Below are positions 9,871-20,850 of a stretch of 64,000 nucleotides of DNA, piece by piece; the stretch's first letter is position 1; each line of letters opens with the position of its first letter. A program made the translations under genes and the position numbers. Below the pieces are notes generated by a model that did not search any database, was not told where the DNA came from, and saw only the letters and a list, made by a program, of their open reading frames with translations. This DNA is from Rhodocyclales bacterium (lineage in GTDB: Bacteria > Pseudomonadota > Gammaproteobacteria > Burkholderiales > Rhodocyclaceae): assembly GCA_043743785.1 (NCBI GenBank), contig JAYTVW010000161.1, positions 35,063 to 99,062 of the forward strand, in the 5' to 3' direction.

Positions 9871-10956
9871 CTATTCGTTGTAGTTGAAAGTCGTGTAGCC
9901 GTGCTTCTTCACCAGCTCATCACGCTCCGCCGTCTTGAGGTCTTCCCGCACCATCTCACTCACCAAGGCCTCAAAGCTGATCTGGGGTGTCCAGCCAAGC
10001 TTCGTTTTTGCCTTGCTGGCGTCCCCAAGCAGGGTTTCCACTTCCGTTGGCCGAAAGTAGCGCGGATCGACCGCAACGATGCATTTCCCCTCTGCATCAA
10101 GACCCTTTTCTTCCACACCCGCGCCCTGCCAGGTAATGGCAATGCCCAGTTCCCGGGCTGCGGCATTGACAAAATCCCGCACGCTGTATTGCACACCGGT
10201 GGCAATCACAAAGTCTTCCGGCTGGTCTTGTTGCAACATCAGCCACTGCATTTCGACATAATCCTTGGCATGCCCCCAGTCCCGCAGGGCGTCCATGTTG
10301 CCCAGATAGAGGCAGTCTTGCAGGTGAAGTTTGATGCGTGCCAGTGCGCGGGTAATCTTGCGGGTCACGAATGTTTCGCCGCGCACAGGGCTTTCGTGAT
10401 TGAACAGTATGCCGTTGCAAGCATACATGCCGTATGCTTCCCGATAATTCACGGTAATCCAATAAGCATACAGCTTGGCGACCGCATAAGGACTGCGCGG
10501 ATAAAAGGGGGTGGTTTCTTTTTGGGGAGTTTCCTGCACCAAGCCATACAGTTCGGAAGTGGACGCCTGATAGAAGCGCGTCTTCTTCTCCAAACCGAGA
10601 ATACGAATGGCTTCCAGGATGCGCAGCGCCCCCAATGCGTCCGAATTGGCCGTGTATTCAGGCTCTTCGAATGAAACGGCAACGTGGCTCTGGGCCGCCA
10701 GGTTATAAATTTCGTCCGGCTGCACTTTCTGGATGATGCGCGTCAGACTGGACGAGTCTGTCATATCGCCGTGATGCAGAAAGAATGGCCAGCCTTTTTC
10801 GTGAACATCATGAAACAGATGATCAATCCGCGCGGTATTGAACAAGGAACTGCGACGCTTGATGCCGTGCACCGCATAGCCTTTGCCCAACAAAAACTTG
10901 GCCAAATACGAGCCATCCTGACCGGTCACCCCGGTAATAAGTGCAACTTTTTGCAT
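9871..10956 (-). CDS. gmd: GDP-mannose 4,6-dehydratase
   Basis: [23 protein letters not shown] from ATG 10956, with full-length Gmd-like sequence. The upstream extension to 10983 is not conserved-looking. Confidence 0.92.
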   Translation of the reverse strand: MQKVALITGVTGQDGSYLAKFLLGKGYAVHGIKRRSSLFNTARIDHLFHDVHEKGWPFFLHHGDMTDSSSLTRIIQKVQPDEIYNLAAQSHVAVSFEEPEYTANSDALGALRILEAIRILGLEKKTRFYQASTSELYGLVQETPQKETTPFYPRSPYAVAKLYAYWITVNYREAYGMYACNGILFNHESPVRGETFVTRKITRALARIKLHLQDCLYLGNMDALRDWGHAKDYVEMQWLMLQQDQPEDFVIATGVQYSVRDFVNAAARELGIAITWQGAGVEEKGLDAEGKCIVAVDPRYFRPTEVETLLGDASKAKTKLGWTPQISFEALVSEMVREDLKTAERDELVKKHGYTTFNYNE

Positions 10957-11137
10957 CTGAAAACCTTCCTGGCATGACGGCAAACGCCGAAATAAACTTT
11001 TTTATCACCCCCTCGAACAATCAGCACGAGGGAGCTTCACTGAATACGGATTACATCAGCTTACGTAGGGCAAGCCCGGCCATCTCTCGTTTCTGCTGCG
11101 GCGCCACAGCTTCGCTTCAATGCGCTCTTCTTACCGT

Positions 11138-11219
11138 GAAAGTCGGCACAGCCGACTCACGACGCTTCCCTCTCCCCCCGGGAGAGGGATTGAGGGTGAG
11201 GGAAGCCGACATGGCTTTC
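11138..11219. repeat. palindromic PLPPGEG-type element (family B), intergenic copy
   Basis: GAAAGTCGGCACAGCCGACTCACGACGCTTCCCTCTCCCCCCGGGAGAGGGATTGAGGGTGAGGGAAGCCGAC..CTTTC. The central palindrome CCCTCTCCCCCCGGGAGAGGG is at 11168-11188. Confidence 0.75.
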
Positions 11220-13200
11220 ATACTTTGGGGGTGGATTCCAAAGCCATGTTGGTTATCGAAGCGGCACACGGGCCGACCCTCGTTTTGGACGGGCAGGCAC
11301 TTAAGGTAGACGGGGTGGCCCCCTCCAGCAGGCAGGCTTGACGCGGGGCATACTCCGGCACCCAGCGTCGCAAATCACACCTGACTTCGGCATCATCCGG
11401 CATATGCTGCTGATGCAACCAAGCCAACAAATCGTCCAGCCAGCCCGGGGCCACCTCCCTGGCCCGCGCGATGCGAAGCTTCGGGTGGTGCGTGGGTCGG
11501 GTCTCTTCGTTGTCAGCCAGCAATTCCTCGTAAAGCTTCTCTCCGGGGCGAAGGCCCGAAAATTCGATACGGATGTCCTCTTCCGAGAAACCGGAAAGCC
11601 GAATCATGTTCCGCGCCAGATCTACGATCTTCATGGGCTCCCCCATATCCAGCACAAAAATCTCGCCTCCCTGCCCCATGCCGCCTGCCTGTAACACCAA
11701 TTGGGCGGCCTCCGGAATGGACATGAAATAGCGAATGATGTCCGGATGAGTAACCGTGACCGGACCACCCCTGGCTATCTGTTCGCGGAAGGTGGGAATC
11801 ACACTGCCGGTGCTGCCCAGCACATTGCCAAACCGGACCATCTCGAAGCGGGTTGGCGATCCCTGCTGCAGCGCTTGGCAGATCATCTCGGCCAGGCGTT
11901 TGCTGGCCCCCATGACGTTGGTTGGATTCACCGCCTTGTCCGTGGATATCAGGACAAACTTTTCCACACCATGAACCGAAGCCGCCTGAGCTACCGTCCA
12001 GGTACCCAACACATTGTTCTGCACGGCCTCCCAGGTGTTTACGTCTTCCATCATCGGCACGTGCTTGTAGGCTGCCGCGTGAAAAACAAGCGCAGGGCGA
12101 TAACGCGCCAGAATCTGGGCGATGCGTGTGCCATTCTTTACGTCCCCGATGACACAAACGATCTCCTGCCCCGGAAAGCTCTCACGGAACTCCTGCTCCA
12201 AGCTATACATGGCAAATTCGTTGGCTTCGAAAAACACCAGCAGGGCAGGCTTGTAAGCCGCCATCTGTCGGCAGAGTTCGGAACCGATGGAGCCACCCGC
12301 CCCGGTCACCATCACGACTTTATCCGCAAGCAAGGCATGCAGGCTGGCACTGTCCAGGGACACGGGTTCCCGTCCGAGGAGGTCATCCAGCTCCACCTTG
12401 CGCACCTGGGAAATGGACACCTTGCCGGAAAGAAGATCGTCGAAACCAGGTACCGTCATTACGGATAGCCCCGCTGCTGCAGCCAGTTCCACGGCCCGTC
12501 GCCGTACAGTAGGAGAGGCAGAAGGCATGGCAACAATAATCTTTTCAACACCCAATTCCTTCGCGAGCTTGCCAACCTGATCCAGGCTGCCCAGGACCGG
12601 CAAACCATGCAGCAGCTGCCCCTTTTTACTCCGGGCATCATCCAGCAGTCCCTTGACACACCAGTCCGGATGAGGAGACAGATCCCGCAGGAGCAGCGCC
12701 GCTGCAGCGCCCGCTCCCATCACCAGGACGTTGGATTTACCCGTCTCACCCCATGAAAATATGTGCCCATCTTTCAGCGCCCGGTAGAAGAAACGGCTGC
12801 CCCCCATCAGCAGAAGCAAGAGCATGGGATTCAGCACCAGGACGGAACGCGGCACCAATAACAAGTGCCTGACAATGTACAAGACTTCCGGCCCCGCCAT
12901 TGCCGCCACACCGATGGCCATGAGGATGCGCTTCAGGTCCGGCAGACTGGCAAAACGCCACATGCCCCGATACAGGCCGAAGAGCCAGAAGATCAGGACA
13001 TTCACTGGCAACACCAGCGCCACGGATTCCCACAAGGAATGGCTGAATTCACCGGGTATTTCGAAATTGAAACGCAGCAGATAGGCGAACCACCAAGCCA
13101 GAATTGTGGCGAGCCCATCGTGAATCAATATCAACAAAGTTCTAAAGCTCACCGCCCACCTCCATGGAGCCGGCACTTTCGTAGTTTCAGTTGTGCACAC
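11218..13200 (-). CDS. membrane-anchored UDP-GlcNAc 4,6-dehydratase-type polysaccharide biosynthesis protein (WbpM/CapD/PglF family)
   Basis: 660 aa. N-terminal TM segments, then VMVTGAGGSIGSELCRQ, HAAAYKHVP and MVRFGNVLGSTGSVIP, as in WbpM. GTG start. The last ~40 codons run towards a repeat element that supplies the stop. Confidence 0.85.
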   Translation of the reverse strand: MCTTETTKVPAPWRWAVSFRTLLILIHDGLATILAWWFAYLLRFNFEIPGEFSHSLWESVALVLPVNVLIFWLFGLYRGMWRFASLPDLKRILMAIGVAAMAGPEVLYIVRHLLLVPRSVLVLNPMLLLLLMGGSRFFYRALKDGHIFSWGETGKSNVLVMGAGAAAALLLRDLSPHPDWCVKGLLDDARSKKGQLLHGLPVLGSLDQVGKLAKELGVEKIIVAMPSASPTVRRRAVELAAAAGLSVMTVPGFDDLLSGKVSISQVRKVELDDLLGREPVSLDSASLHALLADKVVMVTGAGGSIGSELCRQMAAYKPALLVFFEANEFAMYSLEQEFRESFPGQEIVCVIGDVKNGTRIAQILARYRPALVFHAAAYKHVPMMEDVNTWEAVQNNVLGTWTVAQAASVHGVEKFVLISTDKAVNPTNVMGASKRLAEMICQALQQGSPTRFEMVRFGNVLGSTGSVIPTFREQIARGGPVTVTHPDIIRYFMSIPEAAQLVLQAGGMGQGGEIFVLDMGEPMKIVDLARNMIRLSGFSEEDIRIEFSGLRPGEKLYEELLADNEETRPTHHPKLRIARAREVAPGWLDDLLAWLHQQHMPDDAEVRCDLRRWVPEYAPRQACLLEGATPSTLSACPSKTRVGPCAASITNMALESTPKV

Positions 13201-13327
13201 CCGCTAGCAGGAACGCAGCCCGGGGATGCAGACAACATCAGCGCTGTCCGCTCCCCGCGGAAGAAAACCGCTCTTTCTACGTGGCGGCCGGAGAAAGCCA
13301 GCCCGGATGGAAGGTATTCGCCCCGGG

Positions 13328-13882
13328 TCACGCGAAACACGCAGCATCGGCCAGCACGGCGCCCTTGGCGTCCTTGGCGGAAACAAGAGGCACATTCCCC
13401 ACCCCCTGCGGCCACGCAATAGCCAGACTTGCATCGTTCCAGGCAATGCAGCGCTCATGCTCCGGATACCAGTAATCGGTGGTCTTGTAGAGGAATTCCG
13501 CGGTATCGGAAAGCACCAGGAAGCCATGGGCGAAACCCGGCGGAATCCACAATTGGCGCTTATTGTCGGCGGAAAGTTCCACGCCCACATGCTGGCCAAA
13601 CGTCGGGGAGGACTTGCGGATGTCCACCGCCACGTCCCACACCGCCCCCTGAGTCACCCGCACAAGTTTTCCCTGGGGATGCTGTATCTGGTAATGCAGG
13701 CCACGCAGGACATCCCGTGCGCTTCTCGAGTGGTTGTCCTGGACGAACTCCACATCCAGCCCGGTGTCCTCCCGGAACATCTTGCGGCTGTAGCTTTCGA
13801 AGAAGAAACCCCGTTCGTCGCCAAAGACCCGGGGTTCAAGGATGAGCACATCCGGAATGAAAGTTGGAATGGCTCGCATCAA
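13328..13882 (-). CDS. rfbC: dTDP-4-dehydrorhamnose 3,5-epimerase
   Basis: 184 aa. [12 protein letters not shown] and VLRGLHYQ motifs. Confidence 0.92.
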   Translation of the reverse strand: MMRAIPTFIPDVLILEPRVFGDERGFFFESYSRKMFREDTGLDVEFVQDNHSRSARDVLRGLHYQIQHPQGKLVRVTQGAVWDVAVDIRKSSPTFGQHVGVELSADNKRQLWIPPGFAHGFLVLSDTAEFLYKTTDYWYPEHERCIAWNDASLAIAWPQGVGNVPLVSAKDAKGAVLADAACFA

Positions 13883-14763
13883 AACAACCTTTCCTGAATC
13901 ATGGCTTGCAAATATTGGCCATAGCCATTCTTCGCCAGGGGCGCGGCGAGGCGCAGGACTTGTTCGGCGTCAATCCAGCCTTGTCGCCAAGCGATTTCTT
14001 CCGGACAGGACACTTTCAGGCCCTGGCGCTTTTCAATGGTCTGGATGAAGGTGGACGCCTCGATGAGGGATTCGTGGGTACCCGTATCGAGCCAGGCATA
14101 GCCACGGCCCATGATCTCCACGCTGAGTTGCGCCCGTTCAAGGTAAACCCGGTTCAGGTCGGTGATCTCCAGTTCCCCCCGCAGCGAAGGCTTGAGATCG
14201 GCAGCAATGTCCACAACCTGGTTATCGTAAAAATACAAGCCCGTGACCGCATAGTTGCTCTTCGGCTGCGTTGGCTTTTCTTCCAGACTGGTGGCGCCGC
14301 CCGTGGCATCAAAGGCCACCACGCCGTAGCGCTCCGGATCCTGCACCCGATAGGCAAATACCGTCGCGCCCTGCTCCCGCGCCATGGCCTGAGCCAGCTT
14401 GGCGTGCAGATCATTGCCGTAGAAAATATTATCGCCAAGCACCAGGGCGCAGGGATCCTTGCCAACGAAGTCCTTGCCGATAATGAAGGCCTGGGCCAGG
14501 CCATCCGGGGATGGCTGAACCGCGTATTGAAGATTGAGCCCCCAGGCGCTGCCATCACCGAGCAACTGCTGGAAACGCGGCGTGTCCTGGGGGGTGGAAA
14601 TAATCAGGATGTCCCGGATGCCCGCCAGCATGAGAGTGCTGAGCGGGTAATAGATCATGGGCTTGTCGTAGATCGGCAGCAGTTGCTTGGACACCACCAT
14701 GGTGACCGGATGCAGACGGGTGCCGGAACCTCCCGCGAGGATGATGCCTTTACGCTGAGTCAT
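13879..14763 (-). CDS. rfbA: glucose-1-phosphate thymidylyltransferase
   Basis: [21 protein letters not shown] from ATG 14763. The long N-terminal extension in the ORF track is Arg/Gly-rich read-through overlapping rfbD. Confidence 0.93.
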   Translation of the reverse strand: MTQRKGIILAGGSGTRLHPVTMVVSKQLLPIYDKPMIYYPLSTLMLAGIRDILIISTPQDTPRFQQLLGDGSAWGLNLQYAVQPSPDGLAQAFIIGKDFVGKDPCALVLGDNIFYGNDLHAKLAQAMAREQGATVFAYRVQDPERYGVVAFDATGGATSLEEKPTQPKSNYAVTGLYFYDNQVVDIAADLKPSLRGELEITDLNRVYLERAQLSVEIMGRGYAWLDTGTHESLIEASTFIQTIEKRQGLKVSCPEEIAWRQGWIDAEQVLRLAAPLAKNGYGQYLQAMIQERLF

Positions 14764-14765
14764 GA

Positions 14766-15662
14766 CTATTTCCCGATAGTTTCTGTAAGCATGCGGACAA
14801 CCCCGGCTTGCCACTGGGGCAATTCCAGGCCGAAGGTGTTGCGAAGCTTGCCGGTATCCAGCCGCGAGTTTCCCGGACGCGGGGCGGGCAAGGGAAACGC
14901 ACTGGTAGGCACGGGCCGGATCGCCTCCGGTGCCACCTTGATGTCGAGGCCGGACTGGCGCGCAAACTCGATGACAAACCGGGCGTAGTCGTACCAGGAG
15001 GTATGCCCCCCGGCCACCAGGTGATACAGACCCCCGACTTCCGGACGCTGCAGGGCCGTTCTGACGGCATGGGCCGTCACGTCCGCGAGGAGATCCGCCC
15101 CGGTGGGCGCGCCGATCTGATCGTCGATGACGGTGAGGACATCTCGCTCCCGGGCCAGCCGCAGCATGGTCTTGGCGAAGTTGCCACCCCGGGCGGCATA
15201 CACCCAGCTTGTCCGAAAGATGAGATGCCGGCACCCCGCCGCCCGGATGGCTTGTTCACCTTCCAGCTTGGTCTTGCCATACACACTCAAGGGGCCGGTG
15301 GCATCGGTTTCCCGCCAGGGACTGTCGCCACTGCCGTCAAACACATAATCCGTGGAGTAATGCATGAGCCAGGCGCCGCTGCGAGCGGCTTCCCGGGCCA
15401 GAACCGCCGGGGCCAGGGCGTTAATGGTGCGAGCGAGTTCAGGTTCGCTCTCAGCCTTGTCCACGGCGGTATGGGCCGCCGCATTGACAATGATATCGGG
15501 CGCCACGCTACGTACGGTTTGAGCCAAGCCATCCAGCTTGGTGAAATCAGCGCACAGCTCCCGGCTGTCCGAATCCAGCGCCACCACTTCCCCCAGGGGG
15601 GCCAGGCTGCGCTGCAACTCCCAGCCAACCTGACCGCCTTTTCCCAGCAAAAGAATTTTCAT
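14766..15662 (-). CDS. rfbD: dTDP-4-dehydrorhamnose reductase
   Basis: [20 protein letters not shown] from ATG 15662, which overlaps the rfbB stop (ATGA). Confidence 0.9.
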   Translation of the reverse strand: MKILLLGKGGQVGWELQRSLAPLGEVVALDSDSRELCADFTKLDGLAQTVRSVAPDIIVNAAAHTAVDKAESEPELARTINALAPAVLAREAARSGAWLMHYSTDYVFDGSGDSPWRETDATGPLSVYGKTKLEGEQAIRAAGCRHLIFRTSWVYAARGGNFAKTMLRLARERDVLTVIDDQIGAPTGADLLADVTAHAVRTALQRPEVGGLYHLVAGGHTSWYDYARFVIEFARQSGLDIKVAPEAIRPVPTSAFPLPAPRPGNSRLDTGKLRNTFGLELPQWQAGVVRMLTETIGK

Positions 15663-16729
15663 GCACCACGCTCGTCGTAATTCCGCGCCACCCAATCCCG
15701 ATACCCGCCACTCAGCACATTCGCCACCCAGGGCTGGTTTTCCAGGTACCACCGGACGGTCTTGCGAATACCGGTCTCGAAGGTTTCCGCCGGCTTCCAG
15801 CCCAGCTCCCGCTCCAGCTTGCTGGCGTCGATGGCGTAGCGGCGGTCGTGGCCGGGACGGTCCGTCACATAGGCAATCTGCTCCCGATAGCTCTTGCCGT
15901 CCGCGCGGGCTTGGAACTCGTCCAGCAGGGAACACACTGTATGCACGATGTCCAGGTTGGGTTTTTCATTCCAGCCGCCCACGTTATAAACCTCGCCAAC
16001 TTTACCGGCTTCGAGCACACGACGGATGGCGCTGCAATGATCCTTCACATACAACCAGTCCCGGATCTGCTGTCCGTCGCCATACACGGGCAGGGGCTTG
16101 CCCGCCAATGAATTGACGATCAACAGCGGAATGAGCTTTTCCGGGAAGTGATAGGGGCCGTAATTGTTGGAACAATTGGTGGTCAGTACCGGCAGCCCGT
16201 AGGTGTGGTGATAGGCCCGCACCAGATGGTCCGAGGCCGCCTTCGAGGCCGAATAGGGGCTGTTAGGCTCGTAGCGATGGGTTTCCGTAAAGGCCGGGTC
16301 ATGCGCCCCCAGGGAACCGTACACCTCATCGGTGGACACATGCAGGAAGCGGAAGGCCGCCTTCTCCTCTGCCGCCAGGCCGCTCCAGTAGGCGCGCACC
16401 GCCTCCAGCAGCCGGAACGTGCCGACGATGTTCGTCTGGATGAAGTCTTCCGGGCCGTGAATGGAGCGATCCACGTGGGACTCCGCGGCAAAATTAACGA
16501 TGGCCCGGGGCCGATGTTCCGCCAGGAGCGCAGCCACGCAGGCCTGGTCGCCAATATCGCCCTTTGCGAAGATGTGTCGCTTGTCGCCGTCCAAGCTGGC
16601 AAGATTTTCCAGATTACCGGCGTAGGTCAATACATCCAGATTCACCACGGGCTCGCCATCGAGTGCCAGCCAGTCCAGGACAAAATTCGCGCCGATGAAG
16701 CCGGCGCCGCCCGTTACAAGAATTGTCAT
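15659..16729 (-). CDS. rfbB: dTDP-glucose 4,6-dehydratase
   Basis: [17 protein letters not shown] from ATG 16729, with full-length RfbB-like sequence. Confidence 0.93.
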   Translation of the reverse strand: MTILVTGGAGFIGANFVLDWLALDGEPVVNLDVLTYAGNLENLASLDGDKRHIFAKGDIGDQACVAALLAEHRPRAIVNFAAESHVDRSIHGPEDFIQTNIVGTFRLLEAVRAYWSGLAAEEKAAFRFLHVSTDEVYGSLGAHDPAFTETHRYEPNSPYSASKAASDHLVRAYHHTYGLPVLTTNCSNNYGPYHFPEKLIPLLIVNSLAGKPLPVYGDGQQIRDWLYVKDHCSAIRRVLEAGKVGEVYNVGGWNEKPNLDIVHTVCSLLDEFQARADGKSYREQIAYVTDRPGHDRRYAIDASKLERELGWKPAETFETGIRKTVRWYLENQPWVANVLSGGYRDWVARNYDERGA

Positions 16730-17039
16730 AAGCCCTAACCATCCGGCCCAGAGGCACGACAGGCGCACCGCCGGAACCCACCTGCTACATCACAAGGCAT
16801 CCTGAAAGGGCTGCCACCCGAGCCTTACTTATTGTTTTAATGACAAAACACAGAAAATCCTAGCCGCGCATTATCTCATAAGCCCCTGTATCCGGCTACA
16901 CGGCCAAAGGTCATACATGCGACGCCCCGAAGTCACGGCGTAGCGCAAGCAATGGCGCCGCCCAATCCCTGCAAGCAAGGCTCCGGATCACATCAATTTT
17001 CTGGGATAATTTCCCTTTCTCGAACCCAGATTTACAGCC

Positions 17040-18419
17040 ATGTCACGAACCCTCGCTCCCGAAATTTTCAAGGCCTACGACATCCGCGGCATCGTGGATA
17101 CCGTGTTGACGCCGGATGCCGTACGCGCCATCGGCCAGGCCCTGGGTTCCGAAGCGATCCAGCGCGGCCAGAAAGCCATCGCTGTCGGGCGGGATGGACG
17201 ACTCTCGGGTTCCTCCCTGGCGGAGGCGCTGATGGCCGGCATCTGCGCCTCCGGCGTGGATGCCATTGATATTGGCTGCGTGGCCACGCCCCTGTCCTAC
17301 TTCGCCGCTTTCCACCTGGGCACGGACAGCGCCGTGAGCGTCACCGGCAGCCACAATCCGCCGGACTACAACGGCCTGAAAATGGTACTGGGCGGACAGA
17401 CGCTCTACGGCGACATGATCCAGGATCTGCGCCGAAGGGTGACGGAGGACGACCTCGCAACTGGCCAGGGTCAAAAGAAGAGCGCCGATGTGCGGGACGC
17501 CTATATCGAGCGCATCGCCGCCGACGTAAAACTGGCCCGCCCCATGAAAATCGTGGTGGATTGCGGCAATGGCGTGGCCGGCGACGTGGCGAGCCGCTTG
17601 TTCCGCACCCTGGGCTGCGAAGTGGTAGAGCTCTTCTGCGAAGTGGACGGCAATTTCCCCAACCACCACCCGGACCCCTCCAAACCGGAAAACCTGCAGG
17701 ACGTAATCCGAGCCCTCAAGGAAACCGACGCGGAACTCGGCCTGGCCTTCGACGGCGACGGCGACCGCCTTGGCGTCGTCACCAAGGACGGCAGCATCAT
17801 CTACCCGGATCGGCAACTCATGCTGTTTGCTGCCGACGTGCTCTCCCGGGTCCCCGGTGGCCAGATCATCTATGACGTGAAATGCACCCGCAAGCTGGCC
17901 CCCTGGATCCGGGAGCGGGGCGGCGTGCCCGTCATGTGGAACACCGGCCATGCCCTGGTAAAGGCCAAACTGAAGGAAACCGACGCGCCGCTGGCGGGGG
18001 AAATGAGCGGCCACGTGTTTTTCAAGGAGCGCTGGTACGGCTTTGACGACGGTCTCTATGCCGCAGCCCGACTGCTGGAAATCCTCACCCGCTTTGCCGA
18101 CCCGAGCGCGGTCCTGAACGGCCTGCCGGATTCGGCGAGCACGCCGGAACTGAACCTGAAAATGCAGGAAGGCGAACCCCACACCCTCGTCGCCGAACTC
18201 AGGGAAACTGCCACCTTCGAGGGCGCCCGGGAAATCATCACCATCGACGGCCTGCGGGTGGAATACGCGGACGGCTTTGGCCTGGCGCGGCCATCCAACA
18301 CCACGCCGGTGGTGGTGCTGCGCTTCGAAGCCGACACGCCGGAGGCTCTGGAGCGCATCCAGGCGGACTTCCGGCGCGTATTCACCACCGCACGGCCCGG
18401 CATTGCACTGCCGTTCTGA
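17040..18419 (+). CDS. algC: phosphomannomutase/phosphoglucomutase
   Basis: 459 aa. IFKAYDIRGIV N-terminus and the phosphoserine loop TGSHNPPDYNG. Confidence 0.9.
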   Translation: MSRTLAPEIFKAYDIRGIVDTVLTPDAVRAIGQALGSEAIQRGQKAIAVGRDGRLSGSSLAEALMAGICASGVDAIDIGCVATPLSYFAAFHLGTDSAVSVTGSHNPPDYNGLKMVLGGQTLYGDMIQDLRRRVTEDDLATGQGQKKSADVRDAYIERIAADVKLARPMKIVVDCGNGVAGDVASRLFRTLGCEVVELFCEVDGNFPNHHPDPSKPENLQDVIRALKETDAELGLAFDGDGDRLGVVTKDGSIIYPDRQLMLFAADVLSRVPGGQIIYDVKCTRKLAPWIRERGGVPVMWNTGHALVKAKLKETDAPLAGEMSGHVFFKERWYGFDDGLYAAARLLEILTRFADPSAVLNGLPDSASTPELNLKMQEGEPHTLVAELRETATFEGAREIITIDGLRVEYADGFGLARPSNTTPVVVLRFEADTPEALERIQADFRRVFTTARPGIALPF

Positions 18420-18437
18420 TCGACCTGGAGGGGCAGC

Positions 18438-18493
18438 GTAGGTCGGGTTTCAACCCGGCAGTCATGGTGCTGTCGGGCTGAAACCCGACCTAC
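18438..18493. repeat. GTAG-type REP pair, family 1 (GTAGGTCGGGTTTCAACCCG / CGGGCTGAAACCCGACCTAC)
   Basis: Inverted pair between the convergent algC and manC genes. Confidence 0.8.
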
Positions 18494-18516
18494 GCATGAT
18501 CCCCAGAAGGACTGGC

Positions 18517-19959
18517 TCAGCCCCTGCCGTAGGTATCGTCGAAACGCACGATGTCGTCCTCACCCAGGTAAGCCCCCGACTGGACTTCGATCATCTCCAG
18601 GGGAATCCGGCCCGGATTCTCCAGTCGGTGAGTGGTGCCGAGGGGAATGTAGGTGGATTGATTCTCCCCGAGGAAGAACACTTCCTCGCCACGGGTGACC
18701 CGGGCGGTGCCGCTGACGACGATCCAGTGCTCGGCCCGGTGATGGTGCATCTGCAGGGACAGGGTCGCGCCCGGATTGACGACGATGCGCTTGACCTGGA
18801 AGCGGGCGCCCAGATCGATGCTGTCGTAATAGCCCCAGGGCCGGTAGATCTTGCGGTGGGCATCACTTTCGGAGCGCCCGGCGGCCTTGAGGGCCGCAAC
18901 CACTTCCTTGACCTTCTGGATCTGGTCCTTGTGGGCCACCAGCACCGCGTCCGGCGTTTCCACGATAATGGTATCGGAAAGGCCGATGCAGGCCACCAGG
19001 CGGCTGTCGGCCCGCACCAGGGTGTTGGTGTTTTCCAGCCCGATCACATCGCCGGAGAAGACATTGCCAGCCCCGTCCCGAGGTCCGATCTCCAGCAAGG
19101 CGCTCCAGGCCCCCACGTCCGACCAACCCGCGGACAAGGGCAGGACCGCGCTGGCACCCGCTTCCCCGGAAAGCCGCTCCATGACCGCGTAGTCGATGGA
19201 ATCGGCGGGACAAGCCGCGAAGGCCTCCCGGTCCACCCGCAGGAAATCCCGGTCACGGCTCGCCCCGGCCATGGCCTGGCGGCAGGCCGCCAGAATATCC
19301 GGCCGGAAGCGGCCGATATGGTCCAGCCAGACGCCAGCCTTCAGGACGAAGATGCCGCTGTTCCAGAAATAGCCGCCGCACTCAAGGTACTCGCGGGCCT
19401 TGTCCACGTCAGGTTTCTCGACAAAGCGGGAAAGGGCCAGGGCCGGACCGTCGCCGATGGCCGCGCCGCCCTGGATGTAGCCATAGCCGGTTTCCGGCGC
19501 CGTCGGCACGATGCCGAAGGTCACGACCCGCCCGCCTGCCGCCAGCTTTGCCGCCTGCACGACACCATCCCGGAAAGCCGCCTCGTCGGTGATGACATGA
19601 TCCGCCGGCATGACCACCAGTACCGGATCCTCGCCTTCCACCATGGCCTCCAGAGCGGCCAGGGTCAGGGCCGGGGCCGTGTTGCGCCCGACGGGCTCCA
19701 GGAGAATGCCCGCGTCGAGAACGCCGGCCTGGCGCAATTGCTCGGCGGAGATGAATCGGTATTCCTCATTGCCCACCACCAGCGTGTCCGACAGCGTCCA
19801 GCCGTCGGGCCAAGCCGCGTGGGTCATACGCAGGGCCGTGGCCTGCAGCATGGTCCGCTCCCCCACCAGGGCCAGCAGTTGCTTGGGATATTGTTCGCGG
19901 GAGAGGGGCCACAGGCGCGTGCCGGAGCCGCCGGAAAGAATGACGGGTTTGATTTTCAT
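18517..19959 (-). CDS. manC: mannose-1-phosphate guanylyltransferase / mannose-6-phosphate isomerase
   Basis: MKIKPVILSGGSGTRLWPLSR from ATG 19959. C-terminal cupin domain (ENPGRIPLEMIEVQSGAYLGEDDIVRFDDTYGR). Confidence 0.9.
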   Translation of the reverse strand: MKIKPVILSGGSGTRLWPLSREQYPKQLLALVGERTMLQATALRMTHAAWPDGWTLSDTLVVGNEEYRFISAEQLRQAGVLDAGILLEPVGRNTAPALTLAALEAMVEGEDPVLVVMPADHVITDEAAFRDGVVQAAKLAAGGRVVTFGIVPTAPETGYGYIQGGAAIGDGPALALSRFVEKPDVDKAREYLECGGYFWNSGIFVLKAGVWLDHIGRFRPDILAACRQAMAGASRDRDFLRVDREAFAACPADSIDYAVMERLSGEAGASAVLPLSAGWSDVGAWSALLEIGPRDGAGNVFSGDVIGLENTNTLVRADSRLVACIGLSDTIIVETPDAVLVAHKDQIQKVKEVVAALKAAGRSESDAHRKIYRPWGYYDSIDLGARFQVKRIVVNPGATLSLQMHHHRAEHWIVVSGTARVTRGEEVFFLGENQSTYIPLGTTHRLENPGRIPLEMIEVQSGAYLGEDDIVRFDDTYGRG

Positions 19960-20094
19960 GAGGAGGCCTTCGGCGGGGACACCGTTGCAGAAATATTTTG
20001 AAGTCCGCACCATACCTGAAAATCCATGGATCCTGAATATCACCTTCGGTTGGGTGCCAAATCGGGCAAACAAGGTTATGCGCTACAATCGGCC

Positions 20095-20850
20095 ATGCTT
20101 TCCGTCATCATCATCACCAAGAACGAGGCCCAGAACCTCGGCGCCTGCCTGGACTCCGTGGCAGAGCTGGCGGGCGAAATCGTGGTGGTGGACTCGGGCA
20201 GCACGGATGCCACCCGGGATATCGCCCGCAGCCACGGCGCCATGCTTGTCGAGACCGCCGACTGGCCCGGCTTCGGCCCCCAGAAGAATCGCGCCCTGGA
20301 TGCGGCAAGCAGGGAATGGGTTCTCAGCCTGGACGCGGACGAGCGCCTTACGCCGGAACTGGCCGAAGAAATTCGCCAAGTTCTGGCCGCCCCTGGCCAA
20401 ACCAGCTGTTTCGCCTTGCCCCGGCTCTCCTGGTACTGCGGGCGCTTCATGCGCCATTCCGGCTGGTGCCCGGACTATGTGGACCGCCTGTTCCGCCGAG
20501 GCAGTGCGCGCTTTTCGGATGACAAAATACATGAGCGCCTGCTGCCGGACGGCCCTACGGCGCGGCTCACCAAGTACCTGCTGCATTACAGCTTCCGGGA
20601 TTTCTCCAGCGTGCTGAAGAAAGTGGACGCCTACTCCACGGCCTCGGCGGAAGTAGCCTATGCCCGCGGCAAGCGCAGCTCCGTGTGGGGCGCCCTGGGC
20701 CACGGCCTGTGGGCCTTCATCCGCACCTACGTCTTCAAGGCCGGCTTCCTGGACGGTAGCCAGGGTCTGGCCCTGGCCATTTCCAATGCCGAGGGCAGCT
20801 ATTACCGCTACCTGAAGATCTGGCTCATGCAGCAAGGCCAGTCCAAGTGA
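20095..20850 (+). CDS. family-2 glycosyltransferase (LPS core, KdtX/WaaE-like)
   Basis: MLSVIIITKNEAQNL ... VVDSGSTD ... SLDADE are GT2 signatures. Lies upstream of waaC/waaA. Confidence 0.8.
   Translation: MLSVIIITKNEAQNLGACLDSVAELAGEIVVVDSGSTDATRDIARSHGAMLVETADWPGFGPQKNRALDAASREWVLSLDADERLTPELAEEIRQVLAAPGQTSCFALPRLSWYCGRFMRHSGWCPDYVDRLFRRGSARFSDDKIHERLLPDGPTARLTKYLLHYSFRDFSSVLKKVDAYSTASAEVAYARGKRSSVWGALGHGLWAFIRTYVFKAGFLDGSQGLALAISNAEGSYYRYLKIWLMQQGQSK

Noticed and set aside
8986-10674. 562-aa plus-strand ORF
   Set aside because: Antisense shadow of colC and gmd in GC-rich DNA. The translation is Arg/Gly/His/Ala-rich with no recognisable motif, while the minus-strand genes are unmistakable.
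14764-16768. N-terminal extensions of the rfbA, rfbD and rfbB track ORFs
   Set aside because: The extensions overlap the upstream genes and are non-conserved-looking. Canonical N-termini ([33 protein letters not shown]) start at internal ATGs with start/stop overlaps.
16937-16946. ops/JUMPstart-like motif (GGCGTAGCG) in the rfbB-algC divergent region
   Set aside because: It lacks the exact GGCGGTAG core. It is also on the strand pointing towards algC rather than the O-antigen operon.
18496-20001. 501-aa plus-strand ORF
   Set aside because: Antisense to manC. Low-complexity Gly/Arg/Asp-rich translation, a typical high-GC shadow ORF.
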